The position numbers and the translations under genes are program-made. Positions 26,386-41,563 of a stretch of 64,000 nt of DNA are shown piece by piece (the stretch's first letter is position 1; every line of letters starts with the position of its first letter). This DNA is from Octopus vulgaris (taxonomy: Eukaryota): NCBI GenBank assembly GCA_951406725.2, contig OX597818.1, positions 140,802,001 through 140,866,000 of the forward strand, written 5' to 3'. The notes below the pieces were generated by a model, which saw only the letters and a program-made list of their open reading frames with translations, was not told where the DNA came from and did no database searches.

Positions 26386-26728
26386 ATACATAGATATAAA
26401 TATATGTCTATATATGTATGAATGCATATACATATGTATGTATTTATATATGTATATATAAATATATATATATGTGTGTGTGTGTATATACATATATTTA
26501 TATATACATAGATACATACAAACATACATACATACTTACTTATATACATACAAACATACATACACACATACATACATACATACTTACTTATATACATACA
26601 TACATACATATATACATAGATACATACATACATACATACATACTTACTTATATACATACATACATACATACATGCATGCATACATACATACATACATACA
26701 TACATACATACATACATACATACATACA

Positions 26729-26759
<31 letters not shown>

Positions 26760-28070
26760 GTATATGCACCTTCATTTCTTTCATTACTTATCTATAGATT
26801 TGTTTTTATTATTACATTTCTCTTCTATTTCTGTATATTGTTAACGATTTTTTTTATGTATTTATCGTTATTTTTTTCATTTCTTATTTTTATTATATTC
26901 TATTTGTTTATTTATTTTTGCTGTTTCTACCTATTCTTTATTTCCATCCTTTATTCATTTCTTTCTTTTCATCCAGAGTTTCTTTTGCAGACATTTTATC
27001 TTCATTTTTATTATTTTTTTTAAAATTTTGCTTTTGTTTGTTGTATATTTTACCTTTCATCTTTAGTTCGTGGCCCCTGCGATATTTTCTATCTCTTTAT
27101 CTATATCTCTCTCTATCTTTCATCTATATGTGCCTGTGTATCTGTGTTAGTGTATTTGTTTCCTAGTTTCCCCTCTTTATAAATAATATCATTCCATATT
27201 TAAATATTTCTTTAGATCTAATTCCTTCTACGTTTCGATATTTCTATATTCCTAAGTTTTTAGAAGTCTCAGTTTCTATATTTGATTTTTTTCTATCATC
27301 TAAATTTGTTTCTTTCAATATTTCTATATATTTATATCTTACGCTGGTTAATTCTCTATGTATCCTCATAGTCTATGTCAGCTCAGCTTCTGTATATCTG
27401 TACTTATATTCTCTCTAGAATTATTCATATCATACTATCCCTTTTATTATATCAGGACGTGTTGTTTACAAGTTTCTTTCGATTTATTTCGTCTCGTGTT
27501 GCTTTTGTTTGTTTGTTCTTTTTATTCTGCACCTTTTTGTAGTTCTGTTTCCTTCGTACTTTTTTTTTTCTTTTCATAACCCCGAATCAAAATTTTAGCA
27601 GACACAAAGTGTGTTCAACGGAATTGGAAAGACAATTCTGTCTTTTGTTCAGTCAATTAGTTGTGGTCACCTATTGTAGCCCGCTAATTTGCTTCAACAG
27701 AAAATGCAACAGAAACACTGTGTTCGAACTCGGTGTGACAATAACCTTCATTCATCCACAAGTATTGGCGGGTCTCCGACTGTCTGTGAGTTATTCTATC
27801 TCATCGCTCGCTACTCCAGCCAGAAACAATTAATTTTCGCATCTTTCTCCACAAAACACCTCACCGCACATTATTCTACATTTCGAATTTCACTATAGAT
27901 TTTGTATATCAAACTGTAAATATATATATATATATATGTATATATGTGTGTGTGTTTGTTTGTGTGAGTGTGTGTGTGTGTTTATATGTACACATATACA
28001 CAAGCATATATAAATGCATGCATACATACATAGTTACATACATACATACATTCATACATACATACATACA

Positions 28071-28102
<32 letters not shown>

Positions 28103-28132
28103 AACAGACATGCATGTACAAATGGTACGGTA

Positions 28133-29076
28133 TTACGAGAGCCTGTTGAAAAGCTCATAGGTTCTCATGGAATGTGACCAAATGAAGTGAATTTTTTTAA
28201 CATATACCCCTTGCGGGACACACACTTCTTCAATGGGTGTTGCAATGCTTGGATTCCATTGATAAAGAAGATATCATCCTGTTCGTAAAAATGTCATAAA
28301 CAGGCACTTATGACGTTATTATCACAACGATAAGAGTTCCCAGTGGAACGCTGATCGAACTCTACAAAGCCACACAGTCACGCACAGCAGCCATTGAAAC
28401 CAAGGACTTGTGGACTTAGCATTGTCCTGATGCAACAAGACACATTCGTCAGTTTTCCTGAGCATTTCGTCTTCGTATCCGTTCGTACATGTCTCAGCAC
28501 ATTAACTCTTCATTGAAAACGTAGTCCTTTTGAAGATTGACAATTAGCACATAGCACAACGCCTTCTGAATGCCGCAATAATGAGGCTATCGTTTATCCT
28601 GCAGATGAAACAAGCTCGGCTTTCCTTGGATCAGTTGAGGAGGGTGTTTCAAGGATATGAACTGTCTTTGTCTCTGGTTCAATGTAATCAACCCAACACA
28701 CATCTTGCGTTTGGAAACGTTCAAGGAAAGAGAATGGATCTGCTTGAAACAACGTCAGATCTACTCGTGATATGATTATTTTGTTACGCTTTTCATCCGG
28801 TGTCAGAAAATATGATGGCAACCACAGATATGGCAACCACCTTCCTCATGCTAAGTTCACTGTACAATGTATTCTTAATTTTTTTCACAGGTTATCCTAA
28901 TAGCATTGCATATTTCATTTATAGTTAATTGCCTGTCATCCATCAGCATGTGGTGAGCACGATCCATGTTTTTCTCGGTGGCGGAAGCTGCACGACAGTG
29001 CAAAAGTTGAGAGATAAACTCGGGACGGGGCAGGATAGTCTTGGAGATGAACCAAGGTATCGAAATCCTGCAAGTG
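28133..29076 (-). mobile_element. Degraded mariner transposon
   Basis: TACGAG terminus at ~28134. TEKNMDRAHHMLMDDRQLTINEI and FLERFQTQDVCWVDYIEPETK (TGDETW-like). Confidence 0.8.
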
Positions 29077-29931
29077 ATACACACATAACACACACACACA
29101 TACACACACATATCTATATGTATATGTGTTTGTATATGTATATATATATATGTGTGTGTATATGTATCTATCTATATATCTATATATATATATATGTATG
29201 TATGTGTATATGTGTGTGTGTGTGCATGTTGTATGAGTGTATATATATATATTACAAATGAAAGACAGAAGATGGAATATACAATTTATTATTAATAATG
29301 GCAATCGTTTCCACACATCTAGCATCGATTCCTCTTGGGTGGGACACTCAACAACCGGTTCAGGAGCATCCGGTGGTCCAGATGTATCACGTCGGATGAT
29401 AAATAAATACATACAACTCATTAAAATGACTGTTCCGCGATGTAACTTTCCGTTTTATTGAGTGATAGACAGCCAGACGGAGGAAATATCTCCATTTATA
29501 TCGAAGATTAAAAATAAAATCACAGATGACAAAAAGAGAAACAAACTTGCAATACAGGGGGAAAAGTATCAAAAATAACCGTTCGCAGATATGGATGTAT
29601 AAACGCCCTCGGTCAAGTTGCATGTCGCGAGTACACTCGCTCATACAAGCACACGCAAAAATGTGATCATAGACACACATAAGGTTTGGTGCACTCATGA
29701 TCACAACGCGTGTTAGTTATTTGGTGTTTATAAGAATAGGGAGGTTAAAAGTAAACTTAAGGCATCCATACCTTAAAGTAAATGAAATCAAGTTAACGGT
29801 AGCTCAAATTTCATTCTCACTGCATTGTGCGAAAGTACATTTATATTCGTGTAGGCATGTCGAGAATCGTTTGGAAATTCTATTAATTATTTTCTCGTTA
29901 GTCCACAGAATAGACAGGGATTCCTAGGAGC

Positions 29932-30188
29932 ATGTATGGATATATATATATGTATGTGTGTGTGTGTGTGTGAGAGAGAGAGTGTGTGTGTTTACCTATG
30001 TGTGTGTCTTCGTGTGTTTCTTTGTGTCTGTGTTTGGCCCCAACCACTGCTTGACAATAAGTGTTGGTGTGTTTACGTTTACGTCCTCGTAACTTAGCGG
30101 TTCGTCAAAGTGAACGATAGAATAAGTATCAGGCTTAAAATGAATAAGTCCTGGGGTCGATTCGTTCGACTAAAAACCCTTCAAGGCG
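29932..30188 (+). mobile_element. SINE family A 3' half (local duplicate of the 39.3-39.8 kb copy)
   Basis: Shares private variants with 39600-39815. Confidence 0.85.
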
Positions 30189-30880
30189 ATAAAGTGTAGT
30201 CCTGCATGAAAATAGATTAGCGTAATATTTGCAAATTAACAATTTGAAAATTCAATCAATAAATAAAATAAAATGAATATATATGGGTGTGTACACACAT
30301 ACATGCATACATATATATAGCAGCCAAAAGACTACTATTTCCTTTTACTACAAAAATAAATCTCCATAGACAACAATATTTGTAACTCACATATGGCAAA
30401 AAAAGAAGAAAATAATGAAATCAAACAGTCCTCGGTTAATTATGGACGTACGTTTCTGGATTAGAATCATAAGACTCATTTCCTTCATCGACATAATATT
30501 CCTATAAATCTAGAAATGCTAGTAAAAGGAAATAGTAGTCTTTTGGCTGCTATTTCTAAAATTTTCGGTATATGTTTAAGCAACTTGTTGCAAAAAAACC
30601 TTATTATTATAATTATATAAATTTTTACAGAATATGGTCCTTTTCCTTACCGAAATGCTACTAGGTGAAATTTGTTGATTTTATTAAATTTATTATATTC
30701 CACCCTATATCTGTAATGACTATATGTATATATATATATATATATACGTAAAGCTAGAACATCCCAATGCTACACATAGATATGTCTGAACATTTGTAGA
30801 GATGAGCCACGTTTGGAATTAGGAATTCGAATTCTCCACTTTACCTTTAAACATTCAATTTTGGGGAGGATCCCTTGATG

Positions 30881-30929
<49 letters not shown>

Positions 30930-31344
30930 TGCGTGTGTGTTCATGTTTATGTCTCTGTGTATGTGCGTGTGAGTGTGCTTGAGAATATGTACATGTTTAT
31001 ACTGTGAAACTTCGATCACGCCTCTGTCAATTTCCTGATTTTGCGTTAGAGAACATTAGTATAACACTTACACAACGTACTATCTCTATCTATCAGCATA
31101 TCTACCTACCTATATTTCTATCTATCCATCTTCATTATCTTGGAACCTCACCCAAAAAAGCGAAAACAATGTTCTCCTCTAAACAAAACCTAAAAAAATC
31201 GTCTATTTTATATAAATGAACAAGCTGTTTATACATTCACAAAATTGTATTAAACAAGTTCTAGATAGGAAATAACGCGCTAATAATGATGAAGAAATAA
31301 AAGTTTTTCCCAAAATTCTGACGGCTTCTTCTCTCAATATATAT

Positions 31345-31480
<136 letters not shown>

Positions 31481-31629
31481 CGTGTGTATCTATTACGAGG
31501 TCTATTGGTTTATTTTAGTGCGTAGAAACCTATTAGAGTAGTTTTGAACTGCCAACTTTTGGCAAGCGAACGAAATGACAAATTCAAAAATAAGAAAATA
31601 TATATGCAACAAACATACACACACATGTG

Positions 31630-31680
<51 letters not shown>

Positions 31681-31866
31681 TTGTGTGTGTGCGTGTGTGT
31701 ATGTATATATATATATACATCGCCCATTAATAACACTCAATATACCTAATCAATATTTTCGCAAAATGACTAATTCCTAGTTCTAAAAAATGGGTGTACA
31801 CGTGCGCGCGCACACCCGCGATCACGCATGCTCTAATATAAACTCGTACATTTTTATGTGTATGTG

Positions 31867-31908
<42 letters not shown>

Positions 31909-32078
31909 CTCACACAGCCACTTACACACTTATGTATATCGATATATCTGTCTGTAAATAAATATATGTATATATATATATATTTATATATATATATACA
32001 TACCTGCTCACACACACATTTATCTATGTATATATGTATATACATATATATATATCCATATACTTCTATATACACATG

Positions 32079-32146
<68 letters not shown>

Positions 32147-33037
32147 ATATATATATGTATACATTCACACACATACACACACACACACATATATATGTAT
32201 GTGTGCAAGTATGTATGCATGCATGTGTAATTTCTATTCGCGCAAAAATATACAAATAGACATTTTTAAAAACCGGTATGCTTCCACATTATGAGTTAAA
32301 TACGACTGCGAAATGATCACATCTATTAGGAAATTATTACTGAATTAAACAAGATGGGGAAAAAAAATCAAATGAAAAGCCTCATGAAAAGGACCGAAAT
32401 TTTCTAATTTCAGACTAAGCACCTTAAAATAGGCGTCGAAGTATCTTGTTTTTGTCTTGTAAATTGATGAGAGGGAAAATTATTGATGTAATAATACTAA
32501 CATAGGAAATGTTTGATTGAATTTGTTTTTCCTATTCAAAGACACTTTGTCGATGTTTCGAACATTTTCTTTGGTTAATTATTTCTTTTACTTCATAAAC
32601 ATCGAGATGAAAGATAGTGCTTCTACTGTTTTTTTATTCCATAATTAGCGTTGCAAAATATCAAAGATCAGTAATAAATCGCCTGATGTTCCTTTATACA
32701 TAGATATACACGCGCACACACACACACACAGGCACACTCGCACAGACACACTCGCACATATGCACACACGCACATGTGCACACCCATACGCACAATCACA
32801 CACGCAAACCTTCCGACACGGACATAATATTGGCAAACACTGAGAAACACACACATACGAGCAAATACGTACAAAAGGAGACATAGAGTCGCGCTTACAG
32901 AATCATAGAAGATCACGTTAATGTATGTGTGTGAGTTTGTGTCAGTGTGTGTGTGTGTGTGTGTCTGTGTGTGCGTGTGTGTGTATGTGTGTGTGTTCGT
33001 GTGTGAGTGGGTGTATGATTGTACGCTCGTTCGTACT

Positions 33038-33250
<213 letters not shown>

Positions 33251-34042
33251 AGGAACATCATATATATATATTTGAATACATAAATATATATTATACATAT
33301 ATATATACATATTATACATATATATGTACATATTAGAATATATACACATGTATACATATACGTGCACCTATTAGTAGAATCAAGTGTATAATAATTCCTA
33401 TATGTCCTTATGCATACAGAGAAGTACAGTATATATATCTGTGCATTTTAATAACATCAGCATGCGTGTACGTATATATAAATAAATGAATAAATAAATA
33501 AATATATATATATATACACACATATATATGTATTTATTTATACGCATATATGTAAACACATACATACATGCATATATATGAATGTATATAGGTATGTACT
33601 TTGTGATTAGGTGTGTATACACGTAGATCATTATATATGAGTGGTGGGGTGTTGAAGATGCGTATATGCATGTATTTGGTATTGTATTGATATGTTTATC
33701 ATAATGATACGCATATGAAACTGTTGAATGCCTCTAATGTCTCCTGTTGTTCCTAATACATTATTCAGTAATGGTGATAAAATGGAATAAATTCAAAATG
33801 TAGTTTCCTGAATATCGCCGTTCGTAATACATATGGAGTCATAAATATATCACACTTGAGAGACTGTCAACAATATCGCTGCTTATGAATTGAGCATTGA
33901 ATTGATAGGAAAATATAGCGATATAAGGCATTTTATGATAACACTTTTGGATACATGGAAATTTAAATAGTTAAATAAATGTATTAATCGAAGTATAAAT
34001 GTATTTATCGAAAGAAGCATTACTATAGAAATGAATAGATAT

Positions 34043-34251
34043 CTTTTTCTTTTACTTGTTTCAGTCATTTGACTGCGGCCATGCTGGAGCACCGCCTTTA
34101 ATCGAGCAACTCGACCCCGGTACTTATTCTTTTTGTAAGCCCAGTACTTATTCTATCGGTCACTTTTGCTGAACCGCTAAGTAACGGGGACATAAACACA
34201 CCAGCATCGGTTGTCAAGGAATGCTAGAGGGACAAACACAGACACACAAAC

Positions 34252-34284
<33 letters not shown>

Positions 34285-34456
34285 CATATATACGACGGGC
34301 TTCTTTCAGTTTCCGTCTACCAAATCCACTCACAAGGCATTGGTCGGCCCGGGACTATAGTAGAAGACACTTGCCCAAGATGCCACGCAGTGGGACTGAA
34401 CCCGGAACCATGTGGTTAGTAAACAAGCTACTTACCACACAGCCACTCCTGCGCCT
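34043..34456 (-). mobile_element. SINE family A (CORE-like), full length
   Basis: AGGCGCAGGAGTGGCTGTGTGGTAAG head, CTTGGGCAAGTGTCTT core, internal (TA)n, 3' GACTGAAACAAGTAAAAG. Confidence 0.93.
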
Positions 34457-36964
34457 TTAGCAATATATATATATATATTGCTAAAATATATTCATATGTA
34501 TACTGTAGCTGTTGTTGTGATAAGTTATTATCAACTCGTTATTAATAAACTAGCTATATATGTTAAAGCTCTGCTGCCTACGACCATCTCATATTTTCTA
34601 TGTTAGCTTCATCACTATTATATAATAAGTCGTTCTTTTCCTTCAAGACAATGGAGTACGGTCTGATTTTACAGAAATGAAGCTTGCATTTTTTGCAGGA
34701 CCAGTGGATGCCCCGTAAATGTGTCATACTACTCTTTTGTATATGCTAAAAATTTCTTGGCCCACTCTATGGTTATTACTTCTGAGATAGACGCTCTTGT
34801 TTACAGCTTTCTTCATGTCTGCACACAACCATATTCTCTGTACCTTAATGGAATGTTAACTCTAGAAAATATTCTATTCCTGAGATTATCTCTCATTCTC
34901 ATTGGAACTGCTACTCGTTGCCACAGAATAAATGTTCTAATTCTTCTTTCAATGATGAATCAACTGTGCGGTTTACGCTCTAAACAAATCTTAAATATGG
35001 AATGGAATTGGAGACATATTTGGACCTGTAATACAATGGTTTCTTTTAACACAAGCGCAAGGGTCGAAATTTCGGAATAGAAGAGTAGCAGTTTATATAG
35101 ATTCCAGTATTTGATTGATACTTTATTTTAACCACACTGAAATGATGGAAGGAAAATATCTTCCTCGACACGATTTGAACTCAGTATGTGAAGCCTCATG
35201 ATTTTCATAAGGCCATAAGACCCTTTGTACGATCATTATGGATATGTTCACTTTTACGAGCATATACAAACCGAAATAGAAATTGTAAGATTTATAAAAC
35301 CTGATTTCTTTTCTGGTCTGCTAATTTAAATCTTTTAGCAAATAACTCCGAGCAAGTTTTTATATACGTATATATTATTTTACACCAAAAAAAAAAAAAA
35401 CTAGGCATAACAGCATTTTATTCATGTTGTAATACATTATAGTAAATTCCATTCTACTTTAGATATTTTAAATATTTAAATTCAATCCTGAATGTTATTA
35501 TAATCTGTCTAATGTATATTTTTCACTTATCCAAGCCGCGTTGGGATTCTTATATCGTGGACGCAAGTATTCGCTAATATAATTTCGTAATGTTTCCTTT
35601 AATGTTTATTTCTATGTGGAATTGTAATGATTGTGTTGTTTTTTGCTTTTTCTATTTATTTGGAGGTTTTTTTTCTCCTTTTTTATTGTTATTAATCTAT
35701 TTACATCGGTAAAAATATTAAACATTTATTTTAACTATTTCAACATTATAGTTATATCGTACATGAAATTGCACTAAATTGTAGCAATATGTGGTATAAA
35801 ATCATTCTTTAACATTATCTTCTTTTACTACTTTCAGTAATTGAACTGCTTTCATGCAGGGCATTGCATACGGGTAGTGGTGGTGGTGGTGGTGGTTAAG
35901 TAAGTTGTATTGTTGAAAGAAATTATTAGTTTGTTCCTGAATAGAAGTTGTAGCGGCAAAATTATGTTGTCTTAGTCCTTTTTCTAACAGTCGATTTGAT
36001 TAGAATAAGGCCGCGTATAATCTGCGCATTTGCTCCCTGCAAAGAAACTCTACACGAAGCTACTTCTGCTACTGTTTTTAAAACTTTCACTGTTATATAA
36101 CATGTTAAGTCTCAAAATAATCTTTATATATATATGTTAGTCCTTATTAGTCCTGATCTGGAACGTCGCGTGTAGATTTTAAAATAAAGGTGTATGCTAA
36201 TAATCCGAGAAACGTATCTTCACACAAGTATCTTGGCAGTAGTTAAAAAGACTTGCAAATCTTCCTGGCAAAATAGAATTCCCAAGTCATAGATATCTAT
36301 TTGGAAAATTACACTAAGATATCTAATTTCAAAACAAGCATTTCTGTCTCAATATTTTTGTATGGCTGAGTCACAGAGGTATTATATTAAAGTTTATTTC
36401 AAACAATTAGAGTGATTGCAGCAGAAGTGTGCAGGATGACTATGCAAGTGATGTTGGGAACTGCGAGTTAACAAAGGTATGCGTACAGGTCCGTTTGCGA
36501 CGTGGCAATCTTAAACGAGGTAAGCCATACGTTTCGCATGGCAGAGTTAAGTAGTCAAAGTCGTCAATCTACAGAGAACAGTGGTCAGGGGAAAGGTCCT
36601 CTTAGATACCCAAGTTATGTCACAAGAACTATCTTTAAACCTGATCCGAATTCGTGCAGAATTCATTGAAAGAGCATCACGTCAAATCGACAAACGCAAT
36701 AGATCTGCGCATTTTGAAAAAAAAATCACATCGACACAAAATTGAAATGAGACGCAAGGAAAGAAATCTTCATAGATATACATAACAGCTATAAATTTTA
36801 AATCTGTAATCATCTTTGTTTTGTTAGAAATTCAAGATTACGTAAACTAAAACAAGCTAAGAGGAGATCATCACCACTTAAAAGCAAAGATGTCTTCGAA
36901 TAACATAAACACTTTCTACTGATGGTCAGAAAAGACGCCTATCGGCACGCATTACCAATCGTTA

Positions 36965-37348
36965 GTGGAGGCGCAATGGCCCAGTGGTTAGGGCAGCGGA
37001 CTCGCGGTCGTAGGATCGTGGTTTCGATTCCCAGACCGGGCGTTGTGAGTGTTTATTGAGCGAAAACACCTAAAAGCTCCATGAGGCTCCGGCAGGGATG
37101 GTGGTGATCCCTGCTGTACTCTTTCACCACAACTTTCTCTCACTCTTACTTCCTCTTTCTGTTGTACCTGTATTTCAAAGGGCTGGCCTTGTCACTCTCT
37201 GTGTCACGCTGAATATCCCCGAGAACTACGTTAAGGGTACACACGTCTGTGGAGTGCTCAGCCACTTACACGTTAATTTCACGAGCAGGCTGTTCCGTTG
37301 ATCGGATCAACTGGAACCCTCGCCGTCGTAACCGACGGAGTGCTTCCA
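36965..37348 (+). mobile_element. SINE family C, full length
   Basis: A box TGGCCCAGTGG, B box GTTTCGATTCC, TCG anticodon-like loop. Confidence 0.9.
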
Positions 37349-37633
37349 CCATTCGTTATGGTTCTTCAATTCTTCAAAACTGAAAAGGTAAATCTATGTG
37401 TAATAGTTCTGGGGAAAGGTGCAAATCATCAGCTGCTGGGTTAAAAGGTCACCTTTGTTTTGCAGTTGATTAATAAGCAATGGGCTTGAAGTTATTTGGC
37501 TCCATATACTCTAGACATACGTGCGCGAGCTCGCACATACACGCACACATCACACATACACACACACACAAACACACAAACACACAAATGTTCAGACCAG
37601 TAGATATATATATATATAATTGTAGTGGTAGTG

Positions 37634-37670
<37 letters not shown>

Positions 37671-37680
37671 CAGCAGCAGC

Positions 37681-37788
<108 letters not shown>

Positions 37789-38167
37789 CGTATCTAAAAT
37801 TTACTTCTTCATGTGTGATATGTGTTTTTTGTTTTGTATTTATACTCTCATCTGATATCTGATGTTGATTTTGTTAATGTTGTTGTTGTTATCATTGATG
37901 TCGCTTGCAGTGAGTGGTATTGGTGTTATTCCCGCTATTTGTCGTTTTTTTTTTCTTATTGACTTTCATATAAAAGAGTAAACACAACATTAACACATTT
38001 AAATCCGCAATGATGCCTCTCTTTAACGCGAGGTAATATCATAGAAAAAAAAATCCTGTGACAATATCAACAACTATAACTCCAACCACAAAATCATCAT
38101 GAACATCAACAGCAGCAGCAAACAGCATATTAACAGTAAGAAGGGAAATAATAATATTAATGACAGT

Positions 38168-38578
38168 AGGCGCAGGAGTGGCTGTGTGGTAAGTAGCTTG
38201 CTTACCAACCACATGGTTCCGGGTTCAGTTCCACTGCGTGGGATCTTGGGCAAGTGTCTTCTGCTATAGCCCCAGGCCGACCAATGCCTTGTGAGTGGAT
38301 TTGGTAGACGGAAACTGAAAGAAGCCTGTCGTATATATGTATATATATATATAAGTGTGTGTGTATATGTTTGTGTGTCTGTGTTTGTCCCCGTAGCATT
38401 GCTTGACAACCGATGCTGGTGTGTTTACGTCCCCGTCACTTAGCGGTTCGGCAAAAGAGACCGATAGAATAAGTACTGGGCTTACAAAGAATAAGTCCCG
38501 GGGTCGATTCGCTCGACTAAAGGCGGTGCTCCAGCATGGCCACAGTCAAATGACTGAAACAAGTAAAAGAGAAAGAGA
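38168..38578 (+). mobile_element. SINE family A, full length
   Basis: Reverse-complement match to 34043-34456. Confidence 0.93.
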
Positions 38579-39145
38579 AAGAGCAGCAGCAGCAAAGTCA
38601 ATATCAACGGCGGCAGCAACACTAACAACAATAAAAATCCCGGCATCATGAACATTTTCATCAACAACGACGAAAACCGCAACAACTTTGATAGTAACCG
38701 CATTTTCGGGAACATCATCAACATAAACACAATGTCTACAACAACAAAACAAAATACTGATGATAACAACAATGGCAACAATCACAACAACAACAATAAT
38801 ATCAACAATTGCAATCACAAATAATGATGGCCTCAAAAACAAACGAAAGATTGGGGTATGTCATTAGCCTTTATCGTAACATAATTTCCTTTATCGCAAA
38901 TTCCTTGTCTCAATCTAAGTCGTCGTTCGTACTTGCAGAAAGAGCTTGTCAAACTTCCCTCGAATTACACTGTACAGATCTGAAAAAGTACAAGACATAT
39001 TAGATAATGTGTTCCTGAAAACAAGAAAGGATGATTAAGCTTAAAATACCTTTAGTCTTAAGTTATGTTTGATCAGAGCTAAACGAAAGAACTTGTACGC
39101 CGTCTGTAACAAAATTAAATATATATAACAAAACATACACATACC

Positions 39146-39311
39146 CGCAGGCGTGGATGTGTGGTAAGAAGCCTGCTTGCCAAGCACAAGATTTCGGGTT
39201 TACTTCCATTCGGTAGCACCTTGGGCAAGTGATTTCTACTATAGGCTCGGGCTGACCAAAGCCTTGTGTGGATTTGGTAAACAGAAACTGAAAGAAGCCC
39301 GTAGTATGTAT

Positions 39312-39354
<43 letters not shown>

Positions 39355-39583
39355 AGGCGGCGAGCTGACAGACTCGTTAGCGCACCGGGCGGAATGCTTA
39401 GCGGTATTTCGTCTGTCGTTACGTTCTGAGTTCAAATTCCGCCGAGGTTGACTTTGCCTTTCATCCTTTCGGGGTCGATAAATAAAAGTACCAGTTTCGC
39501 ACTGGGGTCGATGTAATCGACTTAATCCCTTTGTCTGTCCTTGTTCGTCCTCTCTATGTTTAGCCCCTTGTGGGTAGTAAAGA

Positions 39584-39624
<41 letters not shown>

Positions 39625-39815
39625 GTGTGTGAGTGTGAGTGAGAGTGTGTGTTTACTTATGTGTGTGTCTTCGTGTGGTTCTTTGTGTCTATGTTTGGCC
39701 CCAACCACTGCTTGACAATAGGTGTTGGTGTGTTTACGTTTACGTCCTCGTAACTTAGCGGTTCGTCAAAGTGAACGATAGAATAAGTATCAGGCTTAAA
39801 ATGAATAAGTCCTGG
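39146..39815 (+). mobile_element. SINE family A interrupted by a family B SINE (39354-39586) in its TA tract
   Basis: Head 39146-39302, family B insert, 3' half 39600-39815. Confidence 0.85.
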
Positions 39816-39880
39816 GGGCCGGCCAGTGCCTTGAGAGTGGATTTGGTAGACAGAAACTGAAAGGAGCCCGTCGTATATGT

Positions 39881-41101
39881 TGTTACGGAATCACCCGTCG
39901 TCGCCCGTCCCGAACGGCTCACACAAGTTCCGCCACGGAACCCAAAGAGGCGGAGAGAGGAGATACAGATAGATACTGCCACAACCTCAACAGCACAGAG
40001 ATACAGAGGCACAACCCGAGATACAACCCAAAGAGGCAAGGCAACAACTGGCAACACTGGCTTATATTCAAACAACAGTTTATACGACAATTACAATTGC
40101 TACACATCAAATACATTTAAGGCAGACATTTAAAGGAAGACATGCACGTGACTACTCAATACATCATACAACAGATCAAAGCATAATACAACAGCATGTA
40201 ACAATATAACAGTCCGGAGACACAACAAGTCATATACAGTATTTCACAGGTACACGTCCGAAGACACAGTTCTTTTCCCAAATCACATCAACAGATAACG
40301 TTCACAGTTCTTTATAATCTTTTTCTACACATATCAACACAATTCTGAACATAAAATACCACAATCGACATATCGACAAGTCCTTGACTGTTCTTTTCAC
40401 TGTTCATTTCTTTTCACTGTCTCTTTACATCGTGACACGCATCAATACACAATCACATACCTTAATTCCCAACTGAATCGCCAGTGTCCCATTCTGCACC
40501 TCATCTCTCCGTACCGCTAATTCCCCTGTACATATTCCCTTCTGTGCCGCCAAGTTCTCTCGCATCCCAACTTGCTCCCAAGATTCCACCGCTTGCTCCT
40601 AACTTCCAAGAATCCGACTGTGTTCTTCGAGGACCGACCACCGACTGCAAGATCCGTCTGTGTTCTTCGACGACCACTCAACGACTGCCCAGAACCTCAC
40701 TTCCTTGTCCTGACTTCCACTCCCTCATCTCCCTCTGTACCGCTCATACCCTCTCTAACTGCCCTGGTCCTTATACTCTATCTATATCCTCAATCTGTCC
40801 CTTACTGCTTATCCTTTCTATTTGCCCTCTGCTCTTACTCTATCGCTATCGCCTACTGTCCCTTACCCTCTCCTGACAGCTCTACCATACTCTCTGCCTG
40901 TCCCTCTCTGCCCCCTCATCCTCTCTCACGACATATTCAAGGGGTGTCCAGAGCGACCCCTAATTCACCCGCACAAGGTCACAGGTCATTCCAAAACCCA
41001 TTAGTCCTCCATTAGACAAAAGACTGTCACATTTTCACCAGACATGATGGTTCCATTATTCCTATGTGGATCACCAGAAATGCACCTAGCAAACCGTAAC
41101 A
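39881..41101. mobile_element. Probable solo LTR (Gypsy-like termini)
   Basis: TGTTACGG...CCGTAACA termini, 1221 bp, non-coding. Imperfect 4-bp flanks ATGT/ATAT. Confidence 0.7.
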
Positions 41102-41295
41102 ATATATATAAGTAAGCCCAGTACTTCTTTTATCAGTATCTTTTGCCGAACCACTAAGTGACGGGGACGTAAACACACCAGCATCGGTTGTCAAGCAATG
41201 CTAGGGGGACAAACACAGGCACACAAACACACACACGCATATATATATATATATATATATATATCTATACAATATGTTACATTACTCGGTAGTCA

Positions 41296-41357
41296 AGATA
41301 AACTCTGAGTTTCAGATGCCGAAGTGGAAATCCACAACACCATCTCTTCGGTTATCT
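41296..41357 (-). ncRNA. Hammerhead ribozyme, inverted-arm copy
   Basis: Reverse complement of 44793-44855, with one T fewer at the cleavage site. Confidence 0.7.
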
Positions 41358-41563
41358 GGCTATTTGAAAACGTTATGAAAAAATACCGTTAAAAATGAAG
41401 GGAAATTACTCTGTTATAACTCTGCTTTGCCTGCGTACTTATACATCGCTCGCATTTTTCGTCATAAAAATTATATAAAAATACATAAAAATATATAAAA
41501 AAATATATAAAAATATATAAAAATATATAAAATCTTCTTGGGACATAACACAGAAAGCATGTT

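Noticed and set aside
29260-29700. Host exon (SGPPDAPEPVVECPTQEESMLDVWKRL) or conserved non-coding element
   Set aside because: No clear splice sites or recognisable domain. Alignment data would be needed. The same applies to 18290-18490, 20940-21330 and 25970-26190.
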